A stretch of 32,000 nt of DNA from an uncultured Planctomycetia bacterium (GTDB lineage: Bacteria > Omnitrophota > Gorgyraeia > Duberdicusellales > 4484-171). Both the position numbers and the translations under genes were made by a program. The DNA lies in contig CAZHYN010000016.1 in assembly GCA_964536865.1 (NCBI GenBank), forward strand, positions 9,305-41,304, read 5' to 3'. Positions 9,000 through 17,981 of the stretch are shown here, piece by piece (within the stretch, counting starts at the first letter, position 1; each line of letters opens with the position of its first letter). The notes under the pieces were generated by a model that had not been told where the DNA came from, ran no database searches, and saw only the letters and a list, made by a program, of their open reading frames with translations.

Positions 9000-11281
9000 G
9001 GTATAAATTGCGAAGTTTTCCACAATTAAAAGTTGTATTTCTTTCTTGTCTATTTTCTCTCTTTTCTTGCTATATTTATGGAAATGCTCAGGACTCTTCT
9101 CACTATGTAAACAAAGCTTGGGCTCAGTTGGGAAAAAGAAATTTTAAAGAAGTTTACAGTCTTGTTGAGGAATGTATTAAAAGGTATGCCTCTCAAGCAG
9201 ATAGTTTAGCTCAAAAGTTGAGTAGTTTTCCTCCTCAAGGTAAAGAGAGTAGCTACCAGGTTATGAATGATGTAGCTACCTGTTACTTTATAAAAGGGGA
9301 AGCTTTAATGCGTGAGGGGAAAATAGAGGAAGCAAAGAAAGTTTTTAAAGAGGTTATAAAGAAGTATCCTTTTGCTTCTGCATGGGATCCTCGAGGGTGG
9401 TTTTGGTCTATTAAAGAAAAAGCGGAGATTACTTTGAGGAAATTAGAGAAGGGAATTATAGAAGAGGAAGAGGAAAAAAAGGTCATTATAACTAAAGTCA
9501 GTTTACATGACGGGGGAGAGGAATTTCCTGTTGATTACTCTCGATATGGGGAGTTCAAAAATTTAGGAACTTCTGAGTATACCTATGTTATTAAGGATCC
9601 TATAGGGTTAGCTAAAGCAGTAGGAGAAGGAATATACCCCAATACTACCTCTGTAAAATTTGACCCTAATTTTGTGAAAGTGAGAAAAAAACTATCTAAG
9701 ATTGACCATTGGAAGATTCTTAATTCCCGAAACCTCTCACTTGCTTTTTACAAATGGTGTATAGCTCCAGAACCTCAAGGAGTGAAGCAGTTTTATATTG
9801 GAGATATTTTAGAGAAAAGTGGGCTTATAAAACAGGCAATAAAGGCTTACTATGCAGTATTAGTTCATTTCCCTAAAACTATAGGATGGACTTATTGGAA
9901 TACTCCTTGGTATGTAGGGAAGACTGCTCTGTACCGGATAAAGTTTCTTCTTAAAGAGTATCCAGAACTAAATTTGAAGTTAGAGGGTGCATATATAAAA
10001 GTTAAAAATGGGACTAACAACAATGTAAGAGATGATATTTTCATTGTTAATCCTGGGAGACTGGTGCCAAAATCTCTAAAAGATAGGCTGATTTATTTTA
10101 AGAAAAGGAAGTTAGGTAAGCCTATAAAGATCCAAGGCAAAGGAAAGGTAAAATTGGTAAGATATCAAAGTGGGGATTGGCAGCTATTAGTAGATGATTT
10201 CCCTTTTATAGTAAAAGGGATGACTTATTCTCCTACTAAAGTAGGGGAGTCTCCTGATGAAGGAACACTATCTAATTGGATGTACCAGGATACCGATAAC
10301 GATGGGATAATTGATGCTCCTTATCAAGCATGGATAGATAAAAATAGGAATAATATTAAAGATGAAGACGAAGAGGTGGTAGGTGATTTTCGTCTTATGA
10401 GAGAGATGGGAGTAAACTGCATAAGAATTTATCATCAGCCTTTTAAATTGAATAAGAAAATCTTAAGGGATTTATATTACAATTATGGAATCTACACTGC
10501 GGTAGGAGATTTTTTGGGAAAATATGCTTTAGGAAGTGGAGCAAGCTGGGAAGAGGGTACCGACTATGATAATCCTCTTCATCAAGAGAATATGCTTAAT
10601 AGTGTGAGAGAGATGGTAGAGGAGTTTAAGGATGAGCCATATATTCTGTTTTGGATTTTAGGTAATGAGAATGTTTACGGGATTGCCTGTAATGCTGATA
10701 AAAAGCCCATTAGTTTCTTTAGATTTGCTAATCAAGCAGCAAAACTGATTAAGTCCTTGGATCCTTTTCAAAGACCTGTGGCTATTGCTTCAGGAGACAT
10801 TCTTTATTTGCATATCTTCGCTAAGGAATGTCCAGATATCGATATCTTTGGTACCAACGCTTACCGTGGTAGGTACGGATTTTTAGATTTATGGGAAGAA
10901 GTAAAAACCCTTGCTGATAAGCCTGTAGTAGTAACTGAATACGGAGCTCCCTCTTATGGTAGTGGGTATACTCAGGAGGAAGCAGAGACTTATCAAGCGG
11001 GTTATCATAAGAATGCCTGGTTAGATATTTATGAAAATCGTGCAGGGTATGGTCAGGGGAACAGTTTAGGAGGATTCGTATTTGAGTGGGTTGATGAGTG
11101 GTGGAAGGCTTACGAACCTGGATATCACGATAGGAAAGGAGTATTTGCAGGTCCTTTCTTAGATGGATATATGCACGAAGAATGGTTAGGAGTATGTAGT
11201 CAAGGAGATGGTAAACATTCTCCTTTTTTAAGGCAATTAAAGAAGGTTTATTTTACTTATCAGAAGTTGTGGAAAAAGTAG
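8996..11281 (+). CDS. Lipoprotein: N-terminal TPR-like region, unassigned middle region, and clan GH-A (GH2-like TIM barrel) glycoside hydrolase domain
   Basis: Lipobox LFSC. TPR-like helices (KGEALMREGKIEEAKKVFKEVIKKYP). The C-terminal ~370 aa carries MGVNCIRIYH, ILGNENVYG (acid/base NE), VVVTEYG (nucleophile E) and GGFVFEWVDEWWK, which resembles the LacZ GGFVWDWVDQ segment. Confidence 0.7.
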   Translation: MRYKLRSFPQLKVVFLSCLFSLFSCYIYGNAQDSSHYVNKAWAQLGKRNFKEVYSLVEECIKRYASQADSLAQKLSSFPPQGKESSYQVMNDVATCYFIKGEALMREGKIEEAKKVFKEVIKKYPFASAWDPRGWFWSIKEKAEITLRKLEKGIIEEEEEKKVIITKVSLHDGGEEFPVDYSRYGEFKNLGTSEYTYVIKDPIGLAKAVGEGIYPNTTSVKFDPNFVKVRKKLSKIDHWKILNSRNLSLAFYKWCIAPEPQGVKQFYIGDILEKSGLIKQAIKAYYAVLVHFPKTIGWTYWNTPWYVGKTALYRIKFLLKEYPELNLKLEGAYIKVKNGTNNNVRDDIFIVNPGRLVPKSLKDRLIYFKKRKLGKPIKIQGKGKVKLVRYQSGDWQLLVDDFPFIVKGMTYSPTKVGESPDEGTLSNWMYQDTDNDGIIDAPYQAWIDKNRNNIKDEDEEVVGDFRLMREMGVNCIRIYHQPFKLNKKILRDLYYNYGIYTAVGDFLGKYALGSGASWEEGTDYDNPLHQENMLNSVREMVEEFKDEPYILFWILGNENVYGIACNADKKPISFFRFANQAAKLIKSLDPFQRPVAIASGDILYLHIFAKECPDIDIFGTNAYRGRYGFLDLWEEVKTLADKPVVVTEYGAPSYGSGYTQEEAETYQAGYHKNAWLDIYENRAGYGQGNSLGGFVFEWVDEWWKAYEPGYHDRKGVFAGPFLDGYMHEEWLGVCSQGDGKHSPFLRQLKKVYFTYQKLWKK

Positions 11282-11308
11282 AAAAAACAAAAGTTAGCTA
11301 AAATACTC

Positions 11309-11338
11309 TTGAAAACGCTTACAGAAAAAAGGTATAAT
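11309..11338 (+). promoter_or_regulatory. Sigma-70-type promoter for the module-protein/second-glycosidase unit
   Basis: TTGAAA (11309-11314), 18-nt spacer, TATAAT (11333-11338). An AAGGAGG SD precedes the ATG at 11361. Confidence 0.5.
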
Positions 11339-11360
11339 ATAAAAACTATCAAGGAGGTGA

Positions 11361-12533
11361 ATGATGAAAAGGATAGGTAAGATTGTGTTGACCATTTCTA
11401 TCTTGTGGAGTCTAAGTTTCTTAGGGTATGCTCAGGAGAACATTTTCTATATTTATCAAGATAAAAATTCACCCTCTAATCACTTCATCCCTAGTGGATG
11501 GATGGGCGATTATGGAGATTTGAAGTTTAATGACCAATCTACCGAGGAGGTAGCTTCAGGTTCTACATCTATCAAGATAACTTATACTGCCAAAAAATCA
11601 CAAGGTCAGGGTTGGGCAGGAATTTATTGGCAGTCCTCCGCTAATAACTGGGGTTCTCGTCAAAGTGGGTATGACCTTACAGGGTTTAACAAGTTAGTAT
11701 TTAAGGCTAAAGGCAAAGAAGGGGGAGAAGTAATTACTAAGGTAAAAGTAGGAGGAATTGTAAGAGATTCCCAAGGTAATCTTTTACCTTACCCTGATAC
11801 TGTAGATAAAGAATACGGACCTATAAGACTAACTGATCAATGGCAGGAGTTTTACATTAATCTAGCAGGAGAAGATCTTTCCTATGTAAATGGAGGATTT
11901 TGTATTGTGTTTAATGCTGATCAGGCTCAAAAAGAACAGACTATTTATCTCGATGATATGTACTTTACTTATGATACTACGCTTAAGAAGGAAGAGGTAA
12001 AGACGGTTTTCCCTTTTTATGTTTATGCCGATAGTGGTTCTTTAGATAATCACTTTGTCCCCAGTGGATGGATGCCTGCCACTGCTGCTCAAGATCTGAA
12101 GATGTATATTAATTGGAAGGAAGCACCTTTGAGTGGAGATTCCTGTATCCGTATAGAGTATACTAATAAATCTGGCACACGCTGGGCAGGGATTTACTGG
12201 CAAAATCCTCCTAATAATTGGGGGACTATCCCCAATGCCGGATTTGATTTAAGAGGAGCAACTAAGCTTACCTTTTGGGCAAAGGGAGAACGTGGAGGAG
12301 AGATAATTAATGAGTTTAAAGTAGGAGGTATATCTAGTGGAGATTATCCCGACTCTGACAGTGCTTCCCTGGGCCCTATTCAGCTTACTAAAGAGTGGAA
12401 AAAATATGAAATTGATCTAAGAGGTAAGGATCTCTCCTATGTAATAGGAGGATTCTGCTGGGCAACTAACATAGATGTGAATGATCCTAATGGGATTGTC
12501 TTCTACCTTGATGAAATAAAATATGAGGAATAA
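11361..12533 (+). CDS. Secreted protein made of two tandem ~175-aa beta-rich modules (putative carbohydrate-binding modules)
   Basis: Signal peptide ...LGYAQE. Two copies of the pattern NHF(I/V)PSGWM ... I(K/R)I(T/E)YT ... WAGIYWQ..(A/P)NNWG ... G(Y/F)DL.G..KL.F.AKG..GGE(V/I)I...KVGGI ... DLSYV.GGFC ... YLD(D/E). Confidence 0.8.
   Translation: MMKRIGKIVLTISILWSLSFLGYAQENIFYIYQDKNSPSNHFIPSGWMGDYGDLKFNDQSTEEVASGSTSIKITYTAKKSQGQGWAGIYWQSSANNWGSRQSGYDLTGFNKLVFKAKGKEGGEVITKVKVGGIVRDSQGNLLPYPDTVDKEYGPIRLTDQWQEFYINLAGEDLSYVNGGFCIVFNADQAQKEQTIYLDDMYFTYDTTLKKEEVKTVFPFYVYADSGSLDNHFVPSGWMPATAAQDLKMYINWKEAPLSGDSCIRIEYTNKSGTRWAGIYWQNPPNNWGTIPNAGFDLRGATKLTFWAKGERGGEIINEFKVGGISSGDYPDSDSASLGPIQLTKEWKKYEIDLRGKDLSYVIGGFCWATNIDVNDPNGIVFYLDEIKYEE
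11442..12524 (+). repeat. Intragenic tandem duplication (module 1 = 11442-11969, module 2 = 12009-12524; period about 190 codons)
   Basis: The HF.PSGWM motif occurs at aa 41 and aa 231, and WAGIYWQ at aa 85 and aa 275. Motif order is conserved throughout both halves. Confidence 0.8.
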
Positions 12534-13749
12534 TGATATCTTCCTTAAGGCAGCTATAATTTTTAGCTGCCTTATTTTTTTTCCTCTAATTATCAGTGCT
12601 AAAGTTACTATCCAGAAGAATTCTCAAGGAGGATATCAACTCTACGTAGACAAAAGACCCTTCCTTATAAAAGGAGTAATTTACAATCCTACTCCTGTAT
12701 GTGGTGGCTACGATTATGTTTTTTTGGCTGATACTAAGAAACCTTGGCTTGTGGATGGTAAATTGATGAAAGAGATGGGAGTAAATACCGTAAGGATATA
12801 CTTTTGTTGTGCTCAGTTAGATAAAGTTAAGGAGTTTATAAGGGATATGTATACTAATTTTGGTATCTATACTATCGTAAGTGACTGGTTAGGATTGTGG
12901 GATAAACCTTCTCCTAATTATGCTGACAGGGAATCTCGTGAAAGAATAAAAATGAATATTCTTAAGATAGTAAAGGCATTAAAAGACGAAGAAGGACTTC
13001 TTATGTGGATTTTGGGTAACGAAAATAATTATACTTTCTCAGGAAAGATTGCTTTCTGGACTTCTCCTGAAATAGAAGAAATTCCTGATCTTTATAAGAG
13101 AGTATTAAAGCGAGCAGAGATTTACTATTCTTTTGTTGATGAGTTGGCTAAGGAAATTAAGAAGATAGATCCCAACCATCCTGTAGCTTTAGGTAATGGA
13201 GAAGTGAGTACTTTAGATGTAGCCTCTCGGGTGTGTAAAAATATTGATGCCTTAGCTATTATTTCTTATCGAGGTAAGCGTTTTGGGAATCTTTTTGAGA
13301 ATATAAGATATGTTTTTGATAAACCTGTTCTAATTTCCGAATTTGGTTGCGACTCTTATGATGCTTACCGTAATAAGGAAGCCGAAGATATCCAAGCTGA
13401 ATATATACAACTTCAATGGAGCTCTATATTTAAAAACACAACTTTTTGTGGTGACGAACGAGGCAACTGTATAGGGGCAACCTTATTTGAATGGAGTGAT
13501 GAATGGTGGAAGCATAACCAAGGGTATACTCCTGATTGGTGTGTGCATAATACTCAAGCAGGGTGGTCTAACGGTTCCTACTATTTTGATATAAGAGCAA
13601 AGGATAATTTAAATATGAATGAGGAGTGGTTTGGGATAGTAAAACTTCTTGAGGAGAAAGACGAGAAAGGATTAAATAAGCGAGTTCCTAAAAAAGCTTA
13701 CTATATCCTTAAAGATATTTGGAATAAACCACTTCCTACCTCTTCTTAA
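12523..13749 (+). CDS. Secreted clan GH-A (GH2-like TIM barrel) glycoside hydrolase, paralog of the C-terminal domain of 8996-11281
   Basis: Signal peptide. Motifs KGVIYNPTP, MGVNTVRIY, ILGNENNY, VLISEFGCDSYD and TLFEWSDEWWKHN are collinear with the motifs of the 761-aa protein. Confidence 0.75.
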   Translation: MRNNDIFLKAAIIFSCLIFFPLIISAKVTIQKNSQGGYQLYVDKRPFLIKGVIYNPTPVCGGYDYVFLADTKKPWLVDGKLMKEMGVNTVRIYFCCAQLDKVKEFIRDMYTNFGIYTIVSDWLGLWDKPSPNYADRESRERIKMNILKIVKALKDEEGLLMWILGNENNYTFSGKIAFWTSPEIEEIPDLYKRVLKRAEIYYSFVDELAKEIKKIDPNHPVALGNGEVSTLDVASRVCKNIDALAIISYRGKRFGNLFENIRYVFDKPVLISEFGCDSYDAYRNKEAEDIQAEYIQLQWSSIFKNTTFCGDERGNCIGATLFEWSDEWWKHNQGYTPDWCVHNTQAGWSNGSYYFDIRAKDNLNMNEEWFGIVKLLEEKDEKGLNKRVPKKAYYILKDIWNKPLPTSS

Positions 13750-13854
13750 TCCTCCTCCTTATTCCTAAGGTAAGTTTCTTCTTAAGGATAGTTTTTAGAT
13801 GGAATTAAGAAAAAGGATAATTACATAGAGAATATACTTCTAAAGAGGTTTCTC

Positions 13855-13882
13855 TTGACAATTATCTCTCTCCAGTTATAAT
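13855..13882 (+). promoter_or_regulatory. Sigma-70-type promoter of the Rrf2-cysK-nadA-ttuA-thi4-mnmA operon
   Basis: TTGACA (13855-13860), 16-nt spacer, TATAAT (13877-13882). Confidence 0.65.
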
Positions 13883-13910
13883 TCTATTAATTTTATAGAA
13901 TTTATAGATA
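13880..13910 (+). promoter_or_regulatory. Candidate operator: AATTCTAT-N7-ATAGAATT palindrome plus a third ATAGA half-site
   Basis: Perfect 8-bp inverted repeat (13880-13887 / 13895-13902). It overlaps the last 3 nt of the -10 box and the predicted transcription start. An extra ATAGATA lies at 13904-13910. Confidence 0.45.
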
Positions 13911-13918
13911 GCAGAAGG

Positions 13919-14365
13919 ATGAAAGTATCTACAAAAGCTCGCTATGGGTTAAGGGCAATAATGGAGTTAGGGGCAAATTACTCTAAGAAGAGGCCCCTTC
14001 TCCTGAAAGAGATAGCAAAGAGACAGGAAATTTCTTTAAAGTATCTTGATCATATTTTTTCTCTTCTAAAGAAAATAGGGATAGTGAAAAGTGCTGGCAA
14101 AGGTAAAGGTTATATTCTTAGCAAAGCCCCTTCTCAGATAAAGGTTTGGGAGATAATAGAGGTATTGGAGGAGACTACTCTTTTGGATTGCTTAACTACC
14201 CCTAACTTGTGTAAAAAAGCACAATTTTGTGCTGCAAGAAGTTTATGGCGTAACTTAGCTAATAGTTTAAGAAGGAGTTTAGAGAATATCTCCTTAGAAG
14301 ATTTATTGAGAGAACAAGAGGATATTCTTAAAAGAGAAAATAAAAATGCAATGTACTACATCTAA
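13919..14365 (+). CDS. Rrf2-family transcriptional regulator with an IscR-like three-cysteine cluster-binding motif
   Basis: N-terminal [18 protein letters not shown] wHTH signature. C91-x6-C98-x5-C104 compares with IscR C92/C98/C104. Confidence 0.88.
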   Translation: MKVSTKARYGLRAIMELGANYSKKRPLLLKEIAKRQEISLKYLDHIFSLLKKIGIVKSAGKGKGYILSKAPSQIKVWEIIEVLEETTLLDCLTTPNLCKKAQFCAARSLWRNLANSLRRSLENISLEDLLREQEDILKRENKNAMYYI

Positions 14366-14382
14366 AATTTTGGGAGGCTGTG

Positions 14383-15306
14383 ATGGAGATAGCTAATAGC
14401 GTGATTGAATTAGTAGGTAATACCCCTCTGGTAAGATTAAATAAGATAGGTAAGGATTTGGATGTAGATTTAATAGCTAAATTAGAATTTTTTAACCCCC
14501 TTTCTAGTTTAAAAGATAGGATTGCTGTAGCTATGATTGAAGATGCAGAAAGAAAGGGAGTAATTAGAGAAGGGGCCACCATTATTGAACCTACTAGTGG
14601 TAATACTGGGATTGCCTTGGCTTTTGTATGTGCAGTAAAAGGCTACAGATTAATTATCACCATGCCAGAGTCAATGTCAGAAGAAAGAAAACGTTTACTT
14701 AAAGCCTTAGGAGCGGAGGTGGTACTAACCAAGAATAGAGAAGGAATGAAGGGGGCAATAAAGAAAGCCGAAGAACTTCTCAAAGAAATTCCCGACTCTT
14801 TTATGCCTCATCAGTTTAATAACTTGGCTAATCCCCATGCTCATTATAAGACTACGGGCGAGGAGATTTGGCAGGATACCCAAGGAAGGGTAGATATAGT
14901 TGTTGCTGGTGTGGGTACTGGAGGAACTATCACAGGTGTTGCTCAACTGATAAAGAAAAGAAAGAAGGAATTTAAGGCGATAGCAGTGGAGCCTCAAGAT
15001 AGTGCTATTCTCTCCGGGGGACATCCCGGGCTCCATAAAATTCAGGGAATTGGAGCAGGGTTCGTTCCTCAGGTTTTAAACTTAGATTTAATTGACGAGG
15101 TAGTAGCTGTATCTGACGAAGAAGCTGCCCAGTTAACTAGGCGATTGGCTAAAGAGGAGGGGATTCTTGCGGGAATATCTAGTGGGGCAGCAGTAGCTGG
15201 TGCTTTAAGAGTTGCTCAAAGAGAAGAGAATAAAGGGAAGTTAATAGTAGTTATACTTCCTGACACAGGAGAAAGATATCTTTCTACTTGGGTTTTTAAA
15301 GATTAA
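14383..15306 (+). CDS. cysK: Cysteine synthase A (O-acetylserine sulfhydrylase)
   Basis: PLP-lysine motif SSLKDR, substrate loop [12 protein letters not shown] and [13 protein letters not shown] at 14383 lies 5 nt after GGGAGG; a GTG at 14380 is also possible. Confidence 0.92.
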   Translation: MEIANSVIELVGNTPLVRLNKIGKDLDVDLIAKLEFFNPLSSLKDRIAVAMIEDAERKGVIREGATIIEPTSGNTGIALAFVCAVKGYRLIITMPESMSEERKRLLKALGAEVVLTKNREGMKGAIKKAEELLKEIPDSFMPHQFNNLANPHAHYKTTGEEIWQDTQGRVDIVVAGVGTGGTITGVAQLIKKRKKEFKAIAVEPQDSAILSGGHPGLHKIQGIGAGFVPQVLNLDLIDEVVAVSDEEAAQLTRRLAKEEGILAGISSGAAVAGALRVAQREENKGKLIVVILPDTGERYLSTWVFKD

Positions 15307-15340
15307 ACAAACTTCTATATAAGCAAATAAAAAGTTAGGT

Positions 15341-16270
15341 ATGGTTAGAGATACTTTGTTTACTGATGAAGAGAAGCTAAAAGAGGCAATTATAAGGTTG
15401 AAAAAGAAAAAAGAAGCTGTGATTCTAGCTCATAATTATCAGATATCCCAAATCCAAGATGTAGCCGACTTTGTAGGTGATTCCTTAGAATTAGCAAAAA
15501 TTTCTGCTAAAGTTGATGCTTCCTTAATAGTTTTTTGTGGAGTTTACTTTATGGGAGAGACTGCCAAGATTCTTTCCCCCCAAAAGAAGGTGCTTATTCC
15601 TGTAGCTAGTGCCGGCTGTCCACTAGCAGATACTATTATTCCTAAAAAACTTTTGGAGTTAAAGAATGTTTACCCGGAGGCGTGGGTGGTAAGTTATGTT
15701 AATACTTCCGCAGAGATTAAGGCGTTGACAGATGTCTGTTGTACTTCCAGTAATGCTGTCCAAGTAGTAAAAAATATTCCTGCTAAAAAAGTTATATTTG
15801 TTCCTGATAAAAACTTAGGATGGTGGGTTAAAAGAAATGTCCCTCAAAAAGAGATAATTCTCTGGGAAGGGTTTTGTTATGTGCATCAGAATTTTACCTT
15901 AGATGATTTACATAAGCTGAGGAGTAAATTTCCTCATGCGCAGGTATTTGTCCATCCTGAGTGTAAGCCAGAAATTTTACAAGACGCTGATTTAGTTTTG
16001 TCTACTTCAGGGATGCTAAGTGAAGCAAAAAAGTCATCAGCAAAAGAAATCATTATTGGAACTGAAGAGGGTTTAATTTACAGATTAAAGAAAGAAAATC
16101 CTGAGAAGAAGTTTTACCCTTTAAAGAAAGCTGAGTGTGTAGATATGAAGAAGATTACCTTAAAAGAGCTTTACTTAGCTTTAGAACACCAAAGATATGC
16201 TATAGAGTTGTCTCCCCAGATTATTCAAAGAGCTCAGAATTCTCTTAGGGAAATGATAAAGTATACCTAA
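15341..16270 (+). CDS. nadA: Quinolinate synthase
   Basis: ILAHNYQ, GDSLELA and FCGVYFMGETAKIL motifs, with the conserved Cys-containing segments typical of NadA; 309 aa. Confidence 0.9.
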   Translation: MVRDTLFTDEEKLKEAIIRLKKKKEAVILAHNYQISQIQDVADFVGDSLELAKISAKVDASLIVFCGVYFMGETAKILSPQKKVLIPVASAGCPLADTIIPKKLLELKNVYPEAWVVSYVNTSAEIKALTDVCCTSSNAVQVVKNIPAKKVIFVPDKNLGWWVKRNVPQKEIILWEGFCYVHQNFTLDDLHKLRSKFPHAQVFVHPECKPEILQDADLVLSTSGMLSEAKKSSAKEIIIGTEEGLIYRLKKENPEKKFYPLKKAECVDMKKITLKELYLALEHQRYAIELSPQIIQRAQNSLREMIKYT

Positions 16271-16275
16271 AATAA

Positions 16276-17172
16276 ATGAAGTGCAGAATATGTAAAAAGG
16301 AAGCCAACATAACTTTAAAGAGTTACAATCTAAATCTCTGTCCCGATTGTTTTTTAGAATTCTTTAGGAAAAGAGTATATACTACCATAAATGAGTTTAA
16401 AATGTGCACTCCTAAGGATAGGATTTTGGTTGCTGTATCAGGTGGAAAAGATAGTTTATCTTTATGGCACATTCTTAATGATTTGGGATACAGAACCTGT
16501 GGACTTCATATTGTCTTAGATATAGAAGAATATTCTCAAAAGTCTTATCAAAAGGTAATAAAATTTGCTCAAACTAAAGATTTGGAGATTAGGATAGTGA
16601 GTGTAAGGGATGAGTTCGGCAAGAGTATAAGAGAGCTTGCTAGGATAGCTAAACGTCTTCCTTGTAGAGTTTGTGGAATGATAAAAAGATATCTGATGAA
16701 TAGAGAGGCTAAGGATTTTGATTGTTTAGCTACCGGTCATAATTTAGATGATGAAGCCAGCACTCTCTTAGGGAATCTCCTTAACTGGCAGGAAGGATTC
16801 TTAACTCGGCAGTCTCCGGTTTTGGAAGAAAATTATACTCTCAAGAGAAAAATTAAACCTTTTGCTTTTATTTCTCAAGAAGAAATTGCTCTGTATGCTG
16901 AGTTATGTGGTATAGATTATCTAAAAGAGGAGTGTCCTTTTTCTAGAACAGCTACTTCTTGTATCTACAAAGGAGTTCTGGATAAGATTGAGGAGGAGAT
17001 GCCTGCAACTAAGTTAAGATTCTATAAGGGATTTATTAGGAAGGAATATTTCAAGAGAGAGAAGAAGGATAAACTCTCTCCTTGTAAAAGTTGTGGTTAC
17101 CTCACAATAGGGGAAGTTTGTAATTTCTGTAAGTTAAAGGAGAAAGTTTTAGAGGGAGAAGGTTCTTATTAA
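16276..17172 (+). CDS. ttuA: TtuA/Ncs6-type PP-loop tRNA 2-thiolation enzyme (predicted [4Fe-4S]-dependent)
   Basis: N-terminal Zn finger CRIC...CPDC, PP-loop VAVSGGKDSLS, central PCRVCG plus ECPFS cysteines, and C-terminal Zn finger CKSC...CNFC. Confidence 0.75.
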   Translation: MKCRICKKEANITLKSYNLNLCPDCFLEFFRKRVYTTINEFKMCTPKDRILVAVSGGKDSLSLWHILNDLGYRTCGLHIVLDIEEYSQKSYQKVIKFAQTKDLEIRIVSVRDEFGKSIRELARIAKRLPCRVCGMIKRYLMNREAKDFDCLATGHNLDDEASTLLGNLLNWQEGFLTRQSPVLEENYTLKRKIKPFAFISQEEIALYAELCGIDYLKEECPFSRTATSCIYKGVLDKIEEEMPATKLRFYKGFIRKEYFKREKKDKLSPCKSCGYLTIGEVCNFCKLKEKVLEGEGSY

Positions 17173-17183
17173 AGGAGGGGACG

Positions 17184-17957
17184 ATGTTGGAAGAGATAAC
17201 TATCTCAAGAGCAATCATTGATTCTTATTGGAAGAAACTCGGTAAAATTTTGGAAGTGGATGTGGCTATCTGTGGTGCCGGGCCTTCGGGATTAGTTTGT
17301 GCAACCACATTAGCTAAGAAGAAGAGAAAGGTAGTAATATTTGAGAAGAAGCTTTCTATTGGTGGAGGGATGTGGGCAGGAGGTATGTTTTTTAACGAAA
17401 TTGTAGTCCAAGCATCAGGCAAGAAGATTTTAGAGGAGTATAAAGTGAGACTAAGAAAGTATAAAAAGGAATATTACCTTGCTGATGCTATTGAATGCGT
17501 ATGTAGTTTAGGATATCATGCTGTTAAATCAGGAGTAATTATTATTAATGGAGTATCTGTTGAGGATGTTGTAATAAGAAAGAACAGGATTTGTGGGGTA
17601 GTGATAAATTGGTCAGCAGTTGAACTGACTAATTTAGACGTTGATCCTTTAGCAGTGAGAGCTAAATTTGTTGTAGATGCCACAGGACACTCTTCAGATG
17701 TGGTGAGGATTGTGGAAGAGAAGAGTGGGTTGAAACTTAATACTGAGATTGGGAAAAGAGTTGGAGAAAGGTCTATGTGGGCGGATTTGGCAGAAAGTAT
17801 GGTGGAAAAGAATACTCAAGAGGTTGTTCCAGGCTTAGTAGTAGCAGGGATGTGTGTCAATGCTGTATTTGGTTCACCACGGATGGGACCTATCTTTGGG
17901 GGGATGCTTCTTTCAGGGAAAAAAGCGGCAGAAATCATTCTTTCTAAGATTAAATGA
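17184..17957 (+). CDS. thi4: Thiazole synthase Thi4 family (archaeal-type, probably sulfide-dependent)
   Basis: Dinucleotide fold DVAICGAGPSGL, then GGGMWAGGMFFN and VVDATGHSSDV. That segment has no Cys where eukaryotic suicide Thi4 carries ..CGH... Confidence 0.85.
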   Translation: MLEEITISRAIIDSYWKKLGKILEVDVAICGAGPSGLVCATTLAKKKRKVVIFEKKLSIGGGMWAGGMFFNEIVVQASGKKILEEYKVRLRKYKKEYYLADAIECVCSLGYHAVKSGVIIINGVSVEDVVIRKNRICGVVINWSAVELTNLDVDPLAVRAKFVVDATGHSSDVVRIVEEKSGLKLNTEIGKRVGERSMWADLAESMVEKNTQEVVPGLVVAGMCVNAVFGSPRMGPIFGGMLLSGKKAAEIILSKIK

Positions 17958-17981
17958 TTTAAACTTATATTTTAATTACAA

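Noticed and set aside
13764-13800. Hairpin CCTAAGG...CTTAAGG followed by a T-rich tract, as a possible terminator of the glycosidase unit.
   Set aside because: The stem has only 6 of 7 pairs, with an internal A-A mismatch and a G-U pair, and the T tract is interrupted. It is too weak to call.
17173-17183. An expected TPP riboswitch upstream of thi4.
   Set aside because: Only 11 nt separate the ttuA-like stop from the thi4 start, so there is no room for a riboswitch. thi4 appears to be controlled as part of the Rrf2-headed operon instead.
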